Below are positions 1 to 9,211 of a stretch of 45,246 bases of DNA, piece after piece. Under the pieces are notes generated by a model. That model saw only the letters and a program-made list of their open reading frames with translations, did not search any database and was not told the DNA's origin. Positions within the stretch are counted from its first letter, which is position 1; each line of letters starts with the position of its first letter. This stretch comes from Clostridia bacterium (GTDB taxonomy: Bacteria > Bacillota > Clostridia > Oscillospirales > CAG-272): NCBI GenBank assembly GCA_017466625.1, contig JAFTTT010000047.1, positions 1-45,246 on the forward strand. The letters run 5' to 3'. The position numbers and the translations under genes were made by a program.

Positions 1-2
1 AA

Positions 3-137
3 AAGAATTTTGAAATGCCTACCCTGACCACGGTAGTATTTGAAAACGAAGACGTTATTACAAGCTCCGGAGTACTTAACTATCTCTTCAGCTTCGGAAG
101 AAACGCGCTTCCCGCGCTTAATCCTTTCGGAGAGTAA
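3..137 (+). CDS. short RiPP-like precursor peptide, probably 5'-truncated (KNFEMPTLTTVVFENEDVITSSGVLNYLFSFGRNALPALNPFGE)
   Basis: Hand-translated open frame from base 3 to tandem TAA TAA (135-140). Has an (F/Y)xxPxL motif plus EDVITS, is followed by a strong terminator and lies upstream of a PqqD/peptidase operon. In-frame ATG at 15, but the true start is probably just outside the window. Confidence 0.7.
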   Translation, partial: KNFEMPTLTTVVFENEDVITSSGVLNYLFSFGRNALPALNPFGE

Positions 138-148
138 TAACAAATAGG

Positions 149-178
149 AAAAGCACCTGCTTCGGCAGGTGCTTTTTT
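149..178 (+). terminator. intrinsic terminator
   Basis: AAAAGCACCTGC-TTCG-GCAGGTGCTTTTTT; perfect stem, UUCG loop, U tract. Confidence 0.9.
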
Positions 179-257
179 GCGTATGGCGGCGATATTACTT
201 GTACGTTTACAATGTTGCACTTTTTTTATTTACTCTATTGTTTATTTTATTTTGCTG

Positions 258-266
258 TGTTATAAT
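258..266 (+). promoter_or_regulatory. extended -10 promoter (TGnTATAAT)
   Basis: TGTTATAAT about 30 bp upstream of the 296 ATG in an AT-rich spacer. Confidence 0.5.
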
Positions 267-295
267 AACTTATAAAGAATTAAAATGGTGGTATT

Positions 296-1000
296 ATGGA
301 GTTTTGCGTCTCATTGGCGGGCATACCTGTCCGCGTCGTACACAAATATGAGCATATACGCGCATTATGCGACGGATATCTTACCGACGAGGAACCGATC
401 ATTACCGTTTCCGCTACCGACGAGGAGATAGAGGCGGAAAGTGCGATAAACAACGGCGAATATCCGCTCCCGATATGTGAGGGAACCTGTATTCACCGCG
501 CCGCAACAAATGCGCTCGTGAAGCACGGAGTCATTCTGATACATTCGGCGGTAGTAACCGTTGACGGTGAGGCGTACGTGTTTATGGCAAAGAGCGGCGT
601 CGGAAAATCGACGCACATCGGGCTTTGGCAAAAGGTGTTCGGCGACCGCGCCGTCGTTCTTAACGGCGATAAGCCGTATTTCACCTACGAAAACGGGACT
701 TTGACCGCACACGGCACGCCCTGGCGCGGAAAGGAATTCCTCGGCTGCAACATGAAGGCACCCGTTCGCGGAATTTGCATACTGCACCGAGGAGTTGAAA
801 ACGAGATCATGCCTGCAACGTCATCAGACGCCGTCGGGCAGATATTCCATCAGGTGCTTCTCCCGAGAGACGGTGACGACCTTGCCGTTTTCATGGGCAT
901 GCTGGATAAGATAATAAAGAACGTGCCTATTTATAACCTTTACTGCAATATGGAAGACGACGCCGCGCGCGTCGCGTATAACGGAATGAAGGGGAACTGA
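296..1000 (+). CDS. HPr-kinase-like P-loop protein (ScmC / HPr-rel-like)
   Basis: IHSAVV, Walker A AKSGVGKST, LNGDKP and GTPWRG motifs. Confidence 0.8.
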   Translation: MEFCVSLAGIPVRVVHKYEHIRALCDGYLTDEEPIITVSATDEEIEAESAINNGEYPLPICEGTCIHRAATNALVKHGVILIHSAVVTVDGEAYVFMAKSGVGKSTHIGLWQKVFGDRAVVLNGDKPYFTYENGTLTAHGTPWRGKEFLGCNMKAPVRGICILHRGVENEIMPATSSDAVGQIFHQVLLPRDGDDLAVFMGMLDKIIKNVPIYNLYCNMEDDAARVAYNGMKGN

Positions 1001-1001
1001 T

Positions 1002-1268
1002 ATGAAGATCAAAGAGGGATTTGTTTTGCACTCTGTCGGAGACGAGAACGTAGTCGTTGCGATCGGAAAGATGACGACGAAGTTCCGCGGAATGATACGG
1101 CTCAACTCAACGGGCGCGTTCATCTTCCGCCAGCTCGAAAAGGAGACCGACGAAAAGGGCGTGATCGACGCGCTGATCGCCGAATACGGCATTGACGAAG
1201 CAACGGCTTCGACTGCCGCAAGCGGCTTTATCGCGCAGCTCAAGGACGCGGGTGTACTCGATATATGA
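1002..1268 (+). CDS. PqqD family protein (RiPP recognition element)
   Basis: 88 aa; MKIKEGFVL..VG, LNSTGAFI, L..EY.ID and FIAQL...G.L pattern. Confidence 0.88.
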   Translation: MKIKEGFVLHSVGDENVVVAIGKMTTKFRGMIRLNSTGAFIFRQLEKETDEKGVIDALIAEYGIDEATASTAASGFIAQLKDAGVLDI

Positions 1269-1729
1269 CCGATAATTTCAGCGCAGAAACGAAGCGAACG
1301 ACCGTGAGGGAGGAGCTTGAAAACGGCAGAAGCGTGACGTTTTTCACCGTCGGATGCTCAATGCAGCCGCTCCTTTTCGAGCGCCAGACGCACGTTATGC
1401 TCTCTCAGATAAAGGACGGCGTCAAGAAGTACGACATCGTTCTTTACATTCGCCCCGACGGCACGCACGTTTTGCATAGATGCGTCAAGGTAGAGGACGG
1501 CTACTGCCTTACGCGCGGAGATAATACGTATTATCTTGAGCGCGTTGAAAACAGCACGATAATAGGCGTAGTTACGCATATTTACCGAAAGGGTAAAATG
1601 ATAGACGTAAACAAGAACGGCGCTTACCGTTTTTATTCGGTCGTTTGGAACGCAACTTATCACGTAAGACACTTTATTTTAAGAGCAGGACGGAAGATCA
1701 GAAAATGGATGAGAAAATCAAAAAAATAG
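1265..1729 (+). CDS. S24/S26 family peptidase without N-terminal membrane anchor
   Basis: GCSMQP catalytic Ser box, HR and GDN motifs; ATGA overlap with the PqqD gene. Confidence 0.85.
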   Translation: MTDNFSAETKRTTVREELENGRSVTFFTVGCSMQPLLFERQTHVMLSQIKDGVKKYDIVLYIRPDGTHVLHRCVKVEDGYCLTRGDNTYYLERVENSTIIGVVTHIYRKGKMIDVNKNGAYRFYSVVWNATYHVRHFILRAGRKIRKWMRKSKK

Positions 1730-2868
1730 ACGCCGCCTGTGATATGCTTCGGCTTTGCGCCCTGGCTCTTACGGGACGCGGCGGCGATAAGGTCAATAGG
1801 AGCACAGTGTCGCTTTACGGGATCTATCACGTAAGCGCGTATAACGGACTTGCGGCGCTCGTAAGCGAGGGGATCGACAAGCTCGGAGTCGAAAGAACCG
1901 AGGAAAACGCTCCCGTTCTCGACGCATTCGCGCAAACGCGCGCAATGTCTATCCGTAAAAACATTCTGCTTGATGCCGAGCGCGAGACGATCTTGTCGCA
2001 TCTTGAGGAAAAGGGAATATGGTACATGCCGCTCAAGGGCGCCATACTCAAGGATATGTACCCGAAGCTCGGACTTCGCCAGATGTCGGATAACGACATT
2101 CTTTTCGACGGTGAATACCGCGAATATATCAGAGACTATTTCGTTTCGCAGGGATATACGATCAGTCAGTACGAGGTCGATTTCCACGACGTCTATCACA
2201 AGGAGCCGATATTCAATTACGAGATGCACGTCGAGCTTTACAGCGAGGTAAGAACGCTGCTTCACAAGTATTATCAGAACGTGAAGGACCGTCTTATCAA
2301 GGACGACGACCGCGAGTACGGGTATCATTTTACCGACGAGGATTTTTATATCTACCTCGTCCTTCACGCCTATAAGCACTTCACTTTCAGCGAAACGATA
2401 GGTGCGAAGCACCTCGTTGACGTTTACGTTTATCTGAACAAGAAGCCGGAGCTTGACTTTGCATATATTGAAAGGGAGCTTCGGAAGATCAAGGTGTGGA
2501 AGTTCGAGCGCGACTGCCGTGCGCTCGTAAACGAGATATTCGATGATCCGGAAAGCTTCGATATAGCAAACCTTTCGGACGATAACAGAAGACTTCTTGA
2601 GGACTTTATGCTCAATATGCTGAATGCCACCGAGGACGGCAGGATCGAAAACGGTATTCGAAAGAAGGGCAAATTCGGCTACATTATGAGCAGACTTTTC
2701 CCGAGCATTGAGAATATGAGAAACTACAGACCGTTTTTCGCAAAATGGTATCTGTTGCCGTTTGGCTGGATATACAGAGCGTTCGATATTCTCTTTACCC
2801 GTCTCGGAAAGAGCATAAAGGAGCTGAAGGCGATCGCCAAAACGAAGCAGGACAAAGACGAAAAATAA
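1705..2868 (+). CDS. nucleotidyltransferase family protein (NTP_transf_5-like)
   Basis: PLKG..L...Y....R.MSDNDIL, EMH, H..KH and D motifs; start placed at MDEKIKK (1705). Confidence 0.85.
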   Translation: MDEKIKKIDAACDMLRLCALALTGRGGDKVNRSTVSLYGIYHVSAYNGLAALVSEGIDKLGVERTEENAPVLDAFAQTRAMSIRKNILLDAERETILSHLEEKGIWYMPLKGAILKDMYPKLGLRQMSDNDILFDGEYREYIRDYFVSQGYTISQYEVDFHDVYHKEPIFNYEMHVELYSEVRTLLHKYYQNVKDRLIKDDDREYGYHFTDEDFYIYLVLHAYKHFTFSETIGAKHLVDVYVYLNKKPELDFAYIERELRKIKVWKFERDCRALVNEIFDDPESFDIANLSDDNRRLLEDFMLNMLNATEDGRIENGIRKKGKFGYIMSRLFPSIENMRNYRPFFAKWYLLPFGWIYRAFDILFTRLGKSIKELKAIAKTKQDKDEK

Positions 2869-2898
2869 AAAGATCCGCGAGTTATCGCGGATCTTTTT
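2867..2898. terminator. bidirectional terminator
   Basis: AAAAAGATCCGCGA-GTTA-TCGCGGATCTTTTT between convergent genes. Confidence 0.9.
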
Positions 2899-2901
2899 GC
2901 T

Positions 2902-3840
2902 TCAGAAGTGTCCCTTTTCGGTAGCTTCGTTTAAGAAGTAGGAAAGCTCTTTTTTGCATCTTTCCTCGTCGACGACGAAGCTCATACCGTGAGTGGCGTT
3001 TTCAACGCTTACGAGACGGCTGTTTTCGGGACGGGAATTGTACGCAAGAACGCTCATTTCGTGCGGAACGAAGTCGTCGGCGAGTCCGTGTACGAACAGA
3101 ATCGGAAGCTTACTTTTTTTGACGGCATCTATAGTCGACGCCTCCTTGAGTCCGAAGCCGCAAAGTAGCTTGACGGTCGGTATCATGAGGTAAAGAAGCG
3201 GAAATTTCGGAATGTGCATATCGCGTCTCGCGACCTCGGTCACGATGTCCCAGGGAGAGGTGAAGCCGCAGTCGGCGATTACGCCCTTGACGTTATCGGG
3301 GAGATCGAGCCCCGACGCCATGAGGACCGTCGTAGCACCCATCGAGAGACCGTCGAGAATGATCTTTATGCCGTCTCCGAAGGCGGAAATGAGGTAATTA
3401 CACCAGGAAAGCGCGTCGTAGCGCTCCTTTACGCCGAATGTTATCCATTTGCCCTCGCTCCCGCCGTGCGCGCGCTGATCGACCGAAAGAACGTTGTATC
3501 CCTGGCTCATAAAGAAGCCCATCGCACATGTGAAATCCTCACCCGACGAGCGGTAGCCGTGCATACAGATTATGTATTTGTTCGTTTCACCCTCGGCACG
3601 GTATAGCCGACCGACGAGGTGCAGACCGTCGTGCGAGGTTATCGAGTGCTTCTCGAACGGCATATTTGCAAGCTCGTTCTTGCCTTCCTCAATGCGGTCA
3701 AGCTGGCCGGGGCTGTCCTTTAGGACCTCGTCGAGCTCGTATACCTTTCCGCCGCGCGCAAAGGTTTTGTTTGCAAAATAGCATAAAACTGTTGCCGCGA
3801 TCACCGGAATCGCGGCGATTACAATTATCGCTGTAACCAT
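2902..3840 (-). CDS. membrane-anchored alpha/beta hydrolase
   Basis: N-terminal TM segment, HGY, GLSMG nucleophile, HG..DDFVP, HG. Confidence 0.88.
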   Translation of the reverse strand: MVTAIIVIAAIPVIAATVLCYFANKTFARGGKVYELDEVLKDSPGQLDRIEEGKNELANMPFEKHSITSHDGLHLVGRLYRAEGETNKYIICMHGYRSSGEDFTCAMGFFMSQGYNVLSVDQRAHGGSEGKWITFGVKERYDALSWCNYLISAFGDGIKIILDGLSMGATTVLMASGLDLPDNVKGVIADCGFTSPWDIVTEVARRDMHIPKFPLLYLMIPTVKLLCGFGLKEASTIDAVKKSKLPILFVHGLADDFVPHEMSVLAYNSRPENSRLVSVENATHGMSFVVDEERCKKELSYFLNEATEKGHF

Positions 3841-3973
3841 AATTTGCCTCGTAAAATTTGATAACCTAATTTTATCACACACATAATTATTTTGCAAGGA
3901 CGTAATTTCCTATTTACTAAACTTTAACAATGTGTTATACTGAACTTACATCAAAAAAGGAACAGGGAAAGAT

Positions 3974-4363
3974 ATGTTTTTTGAAATAAAGGACGAAATG
4001 CTGCTTTCGGGTACCTCGCTTGCGTATCTCGGCGATGCGGTCTTTGAGCTGATAACGAGACAATACTTGCTTTCAACCGGTGTGACCGACGTCGGAAAGC
4101 TCAATAAAATGGCGCTATCGTTCGTTCGCGCGACCGCTCAAAGCGACGCGGTCGAAAGGATGCTTCCGCATCTTAGTGAGGAGGAAACGCAGATATATAA
4201 GCGCGGCAGAAACGCAAACGGTATTTCGATCCCGAAAAGCGCCTCTGCACCGCAGTACCGCCGCGCAACAGGGCTTGAAGCGCTCTTCGCTCACCTCTAC
4301 GCGCAGGGTAAAAAGGAACGTCTCCGCGAGCTGTTTATAATAGGATTTTGCTCTGAGGAATAA
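3974..4363 (+). CDS. mrnC: Mini-ribonuclease III
   Basis: LAYLGDAVFEL, KRGRNA, YRRATGLEAL. Confidence 0.92.
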   Translation: MFFEIKDEMLLSGTSLAYLGDAVFELITRQYLLSTGVTDVGKLNKMALSFVRATAQSDAVERMLPHLSEEETQIYKRGRNANGISIPKSASAPQYRRATGLEALFAHLYAQGKKERLRELFIIGFCSEE

Positions 4364-4364
4364 T

Positions 4365-4394
4365 AAAAATCCGCCCGTTTGGGCGGATTTTTTT
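4365..4394. terminator. bidirectional terminator
   Basis: AAAAATCCGCCC-GTTT-GGGCGGATTTTTTT. Confidence 0.88.
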
Positions 4395-4585
4395 CATTTG
4401 CACATATCGGTCATCATATTCTTCATCCTGCAGCCGAGCTCCTTGCAGCGACCTTGGTCGAAGCCGTAGCAGCGCCCGAGGAAGCCCTTTTGCCCTGCGC
4501 AAGGCGTTACGGTTATGATGCCGAGAATGACCGCAAGAAAGGCGATCATCATCAATATCTTGAGTTCAATACATAAAGTTTTCAT
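4394..4585 (-). CDS. small single-TM hypothetical protein downstream of spoIIP
   Basis: ATG 3 bp after the spoIIP stop; ends at the terminator; one hydrophobic helix. Confidence 0.55.
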   Translation of the reverse strand: MKTLCIELKILMMIAFLAVILGIITVTPCAGQKGFLGRCYGFDQGRCKELGCRMKNMMTDMCK

Positions 4586-4588
4586 TTT

Positions 4589-5692
4589 TTACTCCCCGTA
4601 AAGCGGAACGCCCGACAGTATCATTCCGCTTAAAACCTCACCCAAGATCTCCGTCGCCGCCTTTGCCTCGGCGAGGGTATTCACACAGGTGCCGACCTCG
4701 ATAAGCGCTCCGATGGGAGCGTAATGCTGATTATAGGCAGACCGTCTTATAGACATGGGCCTTGCTATATTGTTGAGTCGGCTTATGAGAAAATGTTGGG
4801 CATTTACGGCGAAAGAGAGATTTCTCCGCCAGCTCTTGTTCGCGGCTCCGGCTTCATCGGTGCCGACGACGAACATAAGCTGCGCTGTCGGCGTGCTTTC
4901 GTCGTATGTAAGGGTCTTGTAGACGACGCTTTCACCAACGAGGGCGTCGCGGTGTATGTCAAAGGCGTACTTTATCGACGGATATTTTTTAAGATATTCC
5001 TTGACGCTTTTTGCGGAATTCGTATAGGCGGTGTTGTAGGAGCCGTTATCGTGCATCGTTTCGTCGTGAACGGTCGGAATGCCGTTTGCGTTAAGTATGT
5101 CAGCAAGGTACTTGCCGACGGCAACGACGTTTTTGCTCGTATCGGTCGAGCGGGGAAGATTCGAGGCGGAATAGGAGACCTTGCCCTCCTCGGCGTAGCC
5201 CTCTGTTCCGTGAGTGTGATATATGAGAACGAGCGGCTGTGACATATCAAATTCGTTTTTTGATGCTTCAAGCGACGCGCCGTAGGCGGTCAGAAAGTCG
5301 GATATGCTTATGTCGTAGGCGGTCTTGTTTTTGAAATATATCTGATCGGGCATCGGATTTTTGCTCAGATCTGTGCTCGAAATTTTAAGCTCGCCCTTGG
5401 GGACGGTTACCGTTTCATCGGCAAATATCGTGTCGTAAATACCGAGACCGAGCGGATATTCGCGCTCGAAAATGATGTCGCGGAAGGCAGGCGGAAGCTC
5501 CTCGGCTCCCGCTTCAAGCTCATCGAGTGTGGGCTCTTTGCTTTCGGGCGAAAAGGCGAAAAGCCGATCAAAAGAGCTGTAGACCATTATAAATACGGCG
5601 AGAAGCAGGATCGCCGCCTTTGCGCAGAGGTCAAAAACCACTCCGAAATTAACTTTTTTGCCGAGCACGGCAGACAGATTTATTTTTTGCAT
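4589..5692 (-). CDS. spoIIP: stage II sporulation protein P
   Basis: IYHTHGTE, DIHRDA, YNQH and LIEVG motifs; downstream of gpr. Confidence 0.93.
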   Translation of the reverse strand: MQKINLSAVLGKKVNFGVVFDLCAKAAILLLAVFIMVYSSFDRLFAFSPESKEPTLDELEAGAEELPPAFRDIIFEREYPLGLGIYDTIFADETVTVPKGELKISSTDLSKNPMPDQIYFKNKTAYDISISDFLTAYGASLEASKNEFDMSQPLVLIYHTHGTEGYAEEGKVSYSASNLPRSTDTSKNVVAVGKYLADILNANGIPTVHDETMHDNGSYNTAYTNSAKSVKEYLKKYPSIKYAFDIHRDALVGESVVYKTLTYDESTPTAQLMFVVGTDEAGAANKSWRRNLSFAVNAQHFLISRLNNIARPMSIRRSAYNQHYAPIGALIEVGTCVNTLAEAKAATEILGEVLSGMILSGVPLYGE

Positions 5693-5736
5693 AACTGCCC
5701 TCCTTTTTTTATAATTGTATTTAGGAGGGAAGCTTT

Positions 5737-6618
5737 TTATACCGTCAAGGCGACGTTTATCGCCCGCGATATGAGCTTGGACGTTTCGCTTATCACGGTG
5801 TCTGCGTCCTTCAGCGTCACGAAAAAGCTTTTTCCGTTCTCAAGCTCCTTTTCGAGCGGCTCCGAGATATCTGTAACTCCGGCACGCTCAAGGACGTTGA
5901 ATACGAGCGTCGATGAATCAACGACGGTCGGAACGCCGATCGATATTACGGGAACGCCGAGCGTCTGACGGTCAACGGCGCTTCTTCGGTTGCCGATGCC
6001 CGAGCCGGGCATGATGCCGGTGTTCGATATCTGCACGGTCGTTCCGAGGCGGTCAACGCTTTTTGACGCGAGAGCGTCGACGGCAATTACCGCCGAAGCT
6101 CCGGAAGCGCGCACGGCACCGAGAACGATATCGGACGCCTCAAGCCCCGTTTCGGCGCTTACACCGGGCGAAAGCGCACAGGTGCAGAGGGATCCGAGCT
6201 TGTCAAAAAGCTCGGGATCGCTTTCCTTTACGTGTCGGTTTGCCGTTATGCCCTTGACGGTAAGAGGGCCGACTGCGTCGGAGATCATGTGACGGTTTCC
6301 GAGTCCGACGACGAGAACGGTATTTACGTCGCCGAATGAATAGAGAAGCGCTTTTATCTCCTCGCCTATCGCAAGCGCCGTTTTCCTTTGATCCTCGTCG
6401 CAAAGGAGCCATATCTTCCCGACCGAAAAGGTCAAATACCGTCCTATCGGCTTGTTAAGCAGCGACGCGCCTTCTTCGTTCAGAATAGATATTTCGGTAA
6501 CGGGAACGCCGTACCTTTCATATTCGCGAGCCGAAATTCCGCGGTAAGCGCCGTTTTCCTCATTCGGACACGCTTCAAGCGCCATATCTGTTCTTACGTA
6601 TTTCCGAAAACGGTCCAT
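5737..6618 (-). CDS. gpr: GPR germination endopeptidase
   Basis: RTDMALEA, VGLGN...SDAVGP, AVDALA, PGSGIGN, IGVPTVVD. Confidence 0.93.
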   Translation of the reverse strand: MDRFRKYVRTDMALEACPNEENGAYRGISAREYERYGVPVTEISILNEEGASLLNKPIGRYLTFSVGKIWLLCDEDQRKTALAIGEEIKALLYSFGDVNTVLVVGLGNRHMISDAVGPLTVKGITANRHVKESDPELFDKLGSLCTCALSPGVSAETGLEASDIVLGAVRASGASAVIAVDALASKSVDRLGTTVQISNTGIMPGSGIGNRRSAVDRQTLGVPVISIGVPTVVDSSTLVFNVLERAGVTDISEPLEKELENGKSFFVTLKDADTVISETSKLISRAINVALTV

Positions 6619-6650
6619 TTTGCTTTCTCCCGAGAAGTGCTTTTTGATGT

Positions 6651-6679
6651 TAGTATTTCGCGGACTGAGAAAATAATGC
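6651..6679 (-). promoter_or_regulatory. candidate forespore (SigF/SigG-type) promoter of gpr
   Basis: minus strand GCATT-N17-AATACTA; gpr is SigF/SigG-controlled in Bacillus. Confidence 0.4.
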
Positions 6680-6763
6680 ATGACAAAATGCACAAAAAAA
6701 TAAATCTCGCGTTGTACAAACAGCCAAAACTTGGGTTTTCAAAAAAATAGCTCGAAAATGTTG

Positions 6764-6792
6764 TTGATAAAAATAAATAAAAGTGCTATAAT
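6764..6792 (+). promoter_or_regulatory. SigA promoter
   Basis: TTGATA-N17-TATAAT with TG extension. Confidence 0.7.
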
Positions 6793-6857
6793 GTATAGGT
6801 AATAAAATAGGTAAGCTATAGCTATGCCTATATACTCTCATGGGGGATCTCACGAAA

Positions 6858-8579
6858 ATGAAAAAATTATTTGCAGTAATTCTCTCTCTTTTGATGGTGC
6901 TTCCGCTTTTTGCGGGCTGTGCAAAAGACAGTGATAACAAAAAGGGCGGTCCTACGATTCCCGTATATATCTCGGGCGAGGTGACTAACTTCGACCCCGC
7001 GTACGGAAATCTCGACCAGACCGCGCAGAAGCTCATGTCGCTTCTTTACGAGGGACTTTTCAAGTACGACAGTAACGGAAAGGTCGTAAAGGCGCAGGCG
7101 AAGTCGATAAAGAAGCTCGATAAGCCGAGTAAGAATTACTACGCAATAGAAATCACTCTTAAAAATACGGGTTGGTCCGACGGTATTCCGGTACAGGCGT
7201 CCGACTATATCTACGCTTGGAAGCGTATCCTCGAGTCCGACTTCAGAGGTGAAGCTGCAAGCATGCTCTTCTGCATCAAGAATGCAAGAAAGGTGCATGA
7301 CGGCGACGCAACCATTGACGATCTCGGTATTACCGACGTTTCGTCGAATGTGCTCCGCATCGAATTTGAGGGTAAGACCGATTATAATCAGTTCTACGAG
7401 TACCTCGCGAGCCCGATGCTCGTTCCGCTCCGCGAGTTCCAGGTAGGACGCGTTCCCGAGGACTGGTCCTCTAACTCGACCATTATGGTATCGAACGGCC
7501 CGTACGCAATTCGTGCGTACACCCCCGGCGAATCGATGCTTCTCCAGGCAAATGCAAACTATCACGGTAAGGTAAAGGCGTTCCGCCTCAGCGTTACCTT
7601 CGCAACCAATAAGGTCCTCGACGACGCTGCGGTTCTCAAGCGCTTTGAAAACGGCGAGATCGTATACGACGGCGAGATCCCGCTCAAGAAGAGAGCGGAG
7701 CTTCTCAAAGCAAAGAAGGTCAAGGTCAAGGATACGATGTCGGTCCTCTCCTGCATCTTCAATACCGAGACCGAGCTCCTTTCCGACCCCGACGTAAGAC
7801 GCGCTCTTTCGCTCGCGGTCGACAGAGAAGAGATAGCAGATATACTTACCTTCGCGAAGCCCGCAAAGGGACTTATCGCATCCAAAGTATTCAATACCTC
7901 AAACGGTAAGGGAAAGGCGACCTTCCGTAAAAAGGGAGAAACGCTTCTCGATTCGAAGGCAAAGCTTTCCGATGCAAAGTCGCTCCTTTCCGGTAAGACC
8001 CTCGGCGAGATCAACCTCGTTATCCGCGACGACGAAGCGGATATCGCGGTCGGCGAATACCTCAAGAAGACCTGGGAAGCTCTCGGCTTCACGGTCAACG
8101 TGACACCTCTCGGAAGCGTTGAATACGAGGGACCGAATGAAATGCCGCTTATGGACGATCAGTACCTCGACGCATACGAAAGTAAGAGCTTCGACGTTAT
8201 CCTCGTCGACTATATGATGTTCTCGACAGATGCGTTCGGAAACCTCGCATCCTTTGCTACGACCTTCGCGGGCGGCGCAATGGATATGACGACCGGTAAG
8301 TACGAGCTCGAGCCCCATATCAGCGGATATTCAAATCCCGAGTACGACGCTCTCATCGAGCAGGCGTACGCAGAAAAGAGTGCATCAAAGAGAGCAGAGC
8401 TTCTCCATAAGGCGGAAAAGATGCTCCTGAACGATATGCCGATAATGCCTCTCGTTGAGCTTCAGAACGCATACCTTGTAGGCAAGGACCTCAAGGGCGT
8501 CAAGACGAACTATTTCGGCATGCCCGACTTCACGGGCGCGACCCTTAAGAACGCAAGCAAGTACCAGGTAGGACAGTAA
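6858..8579 (+). CDS. oppA: oligopeptide ABC transporter substrate-binding lipoprotein (OppA-like)
   Basis: lipobox FAGC, FDP, LYEGL, WSDG.PV.A.D, NGPY, VRRALSLAVDR. Confidence 0.88.
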   Translation: MKKLFAVILSLLMVLPLFAGCAKDSDNKKGGPTIPVYISGEVTNFDPAYGNLDQTAQKLMSLLYEGLFKYDSNGKVVKAQAKSIKKLDKPSKNYYAIEITLKNTGWSDGIPVQASDYIYAWKRILESDFRGEAASMLFCIKNARKVHDGDATIDDLGITDVSSNVLRIEFEGKTDYNQFYEYLASPMLVPLREFQVGRVPEDWSSNSTIMVSNGPYAIRAYTPGESMLLQANANYHGKVKAFRLSVTFATNKVLDDAAVLKRFENGEIVYDGEIPLKKRAELLKAKKVKVKDTMSVLSCIFNTETELLSDPDVRRALSLAVDREEIADILTFAKPAKGLIASKVFNTSNGKGKATFRKKGETLLDSKAKLSDAKSLLSGKTLGEINLVIRDDEADIAVGEYLKKTWEALGFTVNVTPLGSVEYEGPNEMPLMDDQYLDAYESKSFDVILVDYMMFSTDAFGNLASFATTFAGGAMDMTTGKYELEPHISGYSNPEYDALIEQAYAEKSASKRAELLHKAEKMLLNDMPIMPLVELQNAYLVGKDLKGVKTNYFGMPDFTGATLKNASKYQVGQ

Positions 8580-8594
8580 TCAAGATCAATACGC

Positions 8595-8624
8595 GCGGGG
8601 AAATCCTATGTAGGATTTCCCCGT
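8595..8624 (+). terminator. hairpin / probable terminator
   Basis: GCGGGGAAATCCT-ATGT-AGGATTTCCCCGT; weak U tail. Confidence 0.55.
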
Positions 8625-8659
8625 AATTATCCCAAAATCGGAAAAACAAGGAAAAAGAA

Positions 8660-9211
8660 ATGCAAAGCCAGCTTCGCGATAAGAATGATATAAAAATTTT
8701 TATATTGCATCTTTTGCGCCACATAAGCTATCCGCTCGACTTCGTCAGTATAAACGACATAGTCGTACAGGATGGCTTTGTCGGCTATTTCGATTTTGTC
8801 GAATGCTTTGCAGAGCTTCTTGAAACGGGAAACGTTCTTGAGCTTCCCGTGGGGGAGAGCGGCGAGGAGCTTTACGAGATAACGCCGCAGGGCGCTATCG
8901 TTGCAGAAACGCTCGACAGCCGGATCCTTCCGACGATAAGAGAGAAGAGCTTGAAAAGCGCATTGCGCTTTTTGTCGTTCCGCGAGCGCGGCGCAAAGGT
9001 CAAGTTCGATTTCGAGCCGCTCCCGAACGGACGGTTCATCGCAAACTGCATCATTACCGAAAAGGACAAGGAGCTCCTTAACGTAAAGGTCGCGGTCGAA
9101 AGCAGCACGCAGCTTGAGCGGATCAGACGTAATTTTTACGATAAGCCGGAGGTCGTCTACCGCGGGATCATGGCGGTTTTGACGGGCGAGGTCAATTATC
9201 TTATAGAGTGA
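8660..9211 (+). CDS. DUF4364 family winged-helix protein
   Basis: IKIFIL.LL, GYFDF...F.EL, YEIT..G pattern; host-like codon use. Confidence 0.75.
   Translation: MQSQLRDKNDIKIFILHLLRHISYPLDFVSINDIVVQDGFVGYFDFVECFAELLETGNVLELPVGESGEELYEITPQGAIVAETLDSRILPTIREKSLKSALRFLSFRERGAKVKFDFEPLPNGRFIANCIITEKDKELLNVKVAVESSTQLERIRRNFYDKPEVVYRGIMAVLTGEVNYLIE

Noticed and set aside
169-351. 60-aa hydrophobic ORF
   Set aside because: It starts inside the terminator and spans the AT-rich promoter; the hydrophobicity reflects T-richness.
3-2868. Calling the cluster a lasso peptide BGC
   Set aside because: No cyclase or B2 protease is in the window and the putative core has no acidic acceptor residue.
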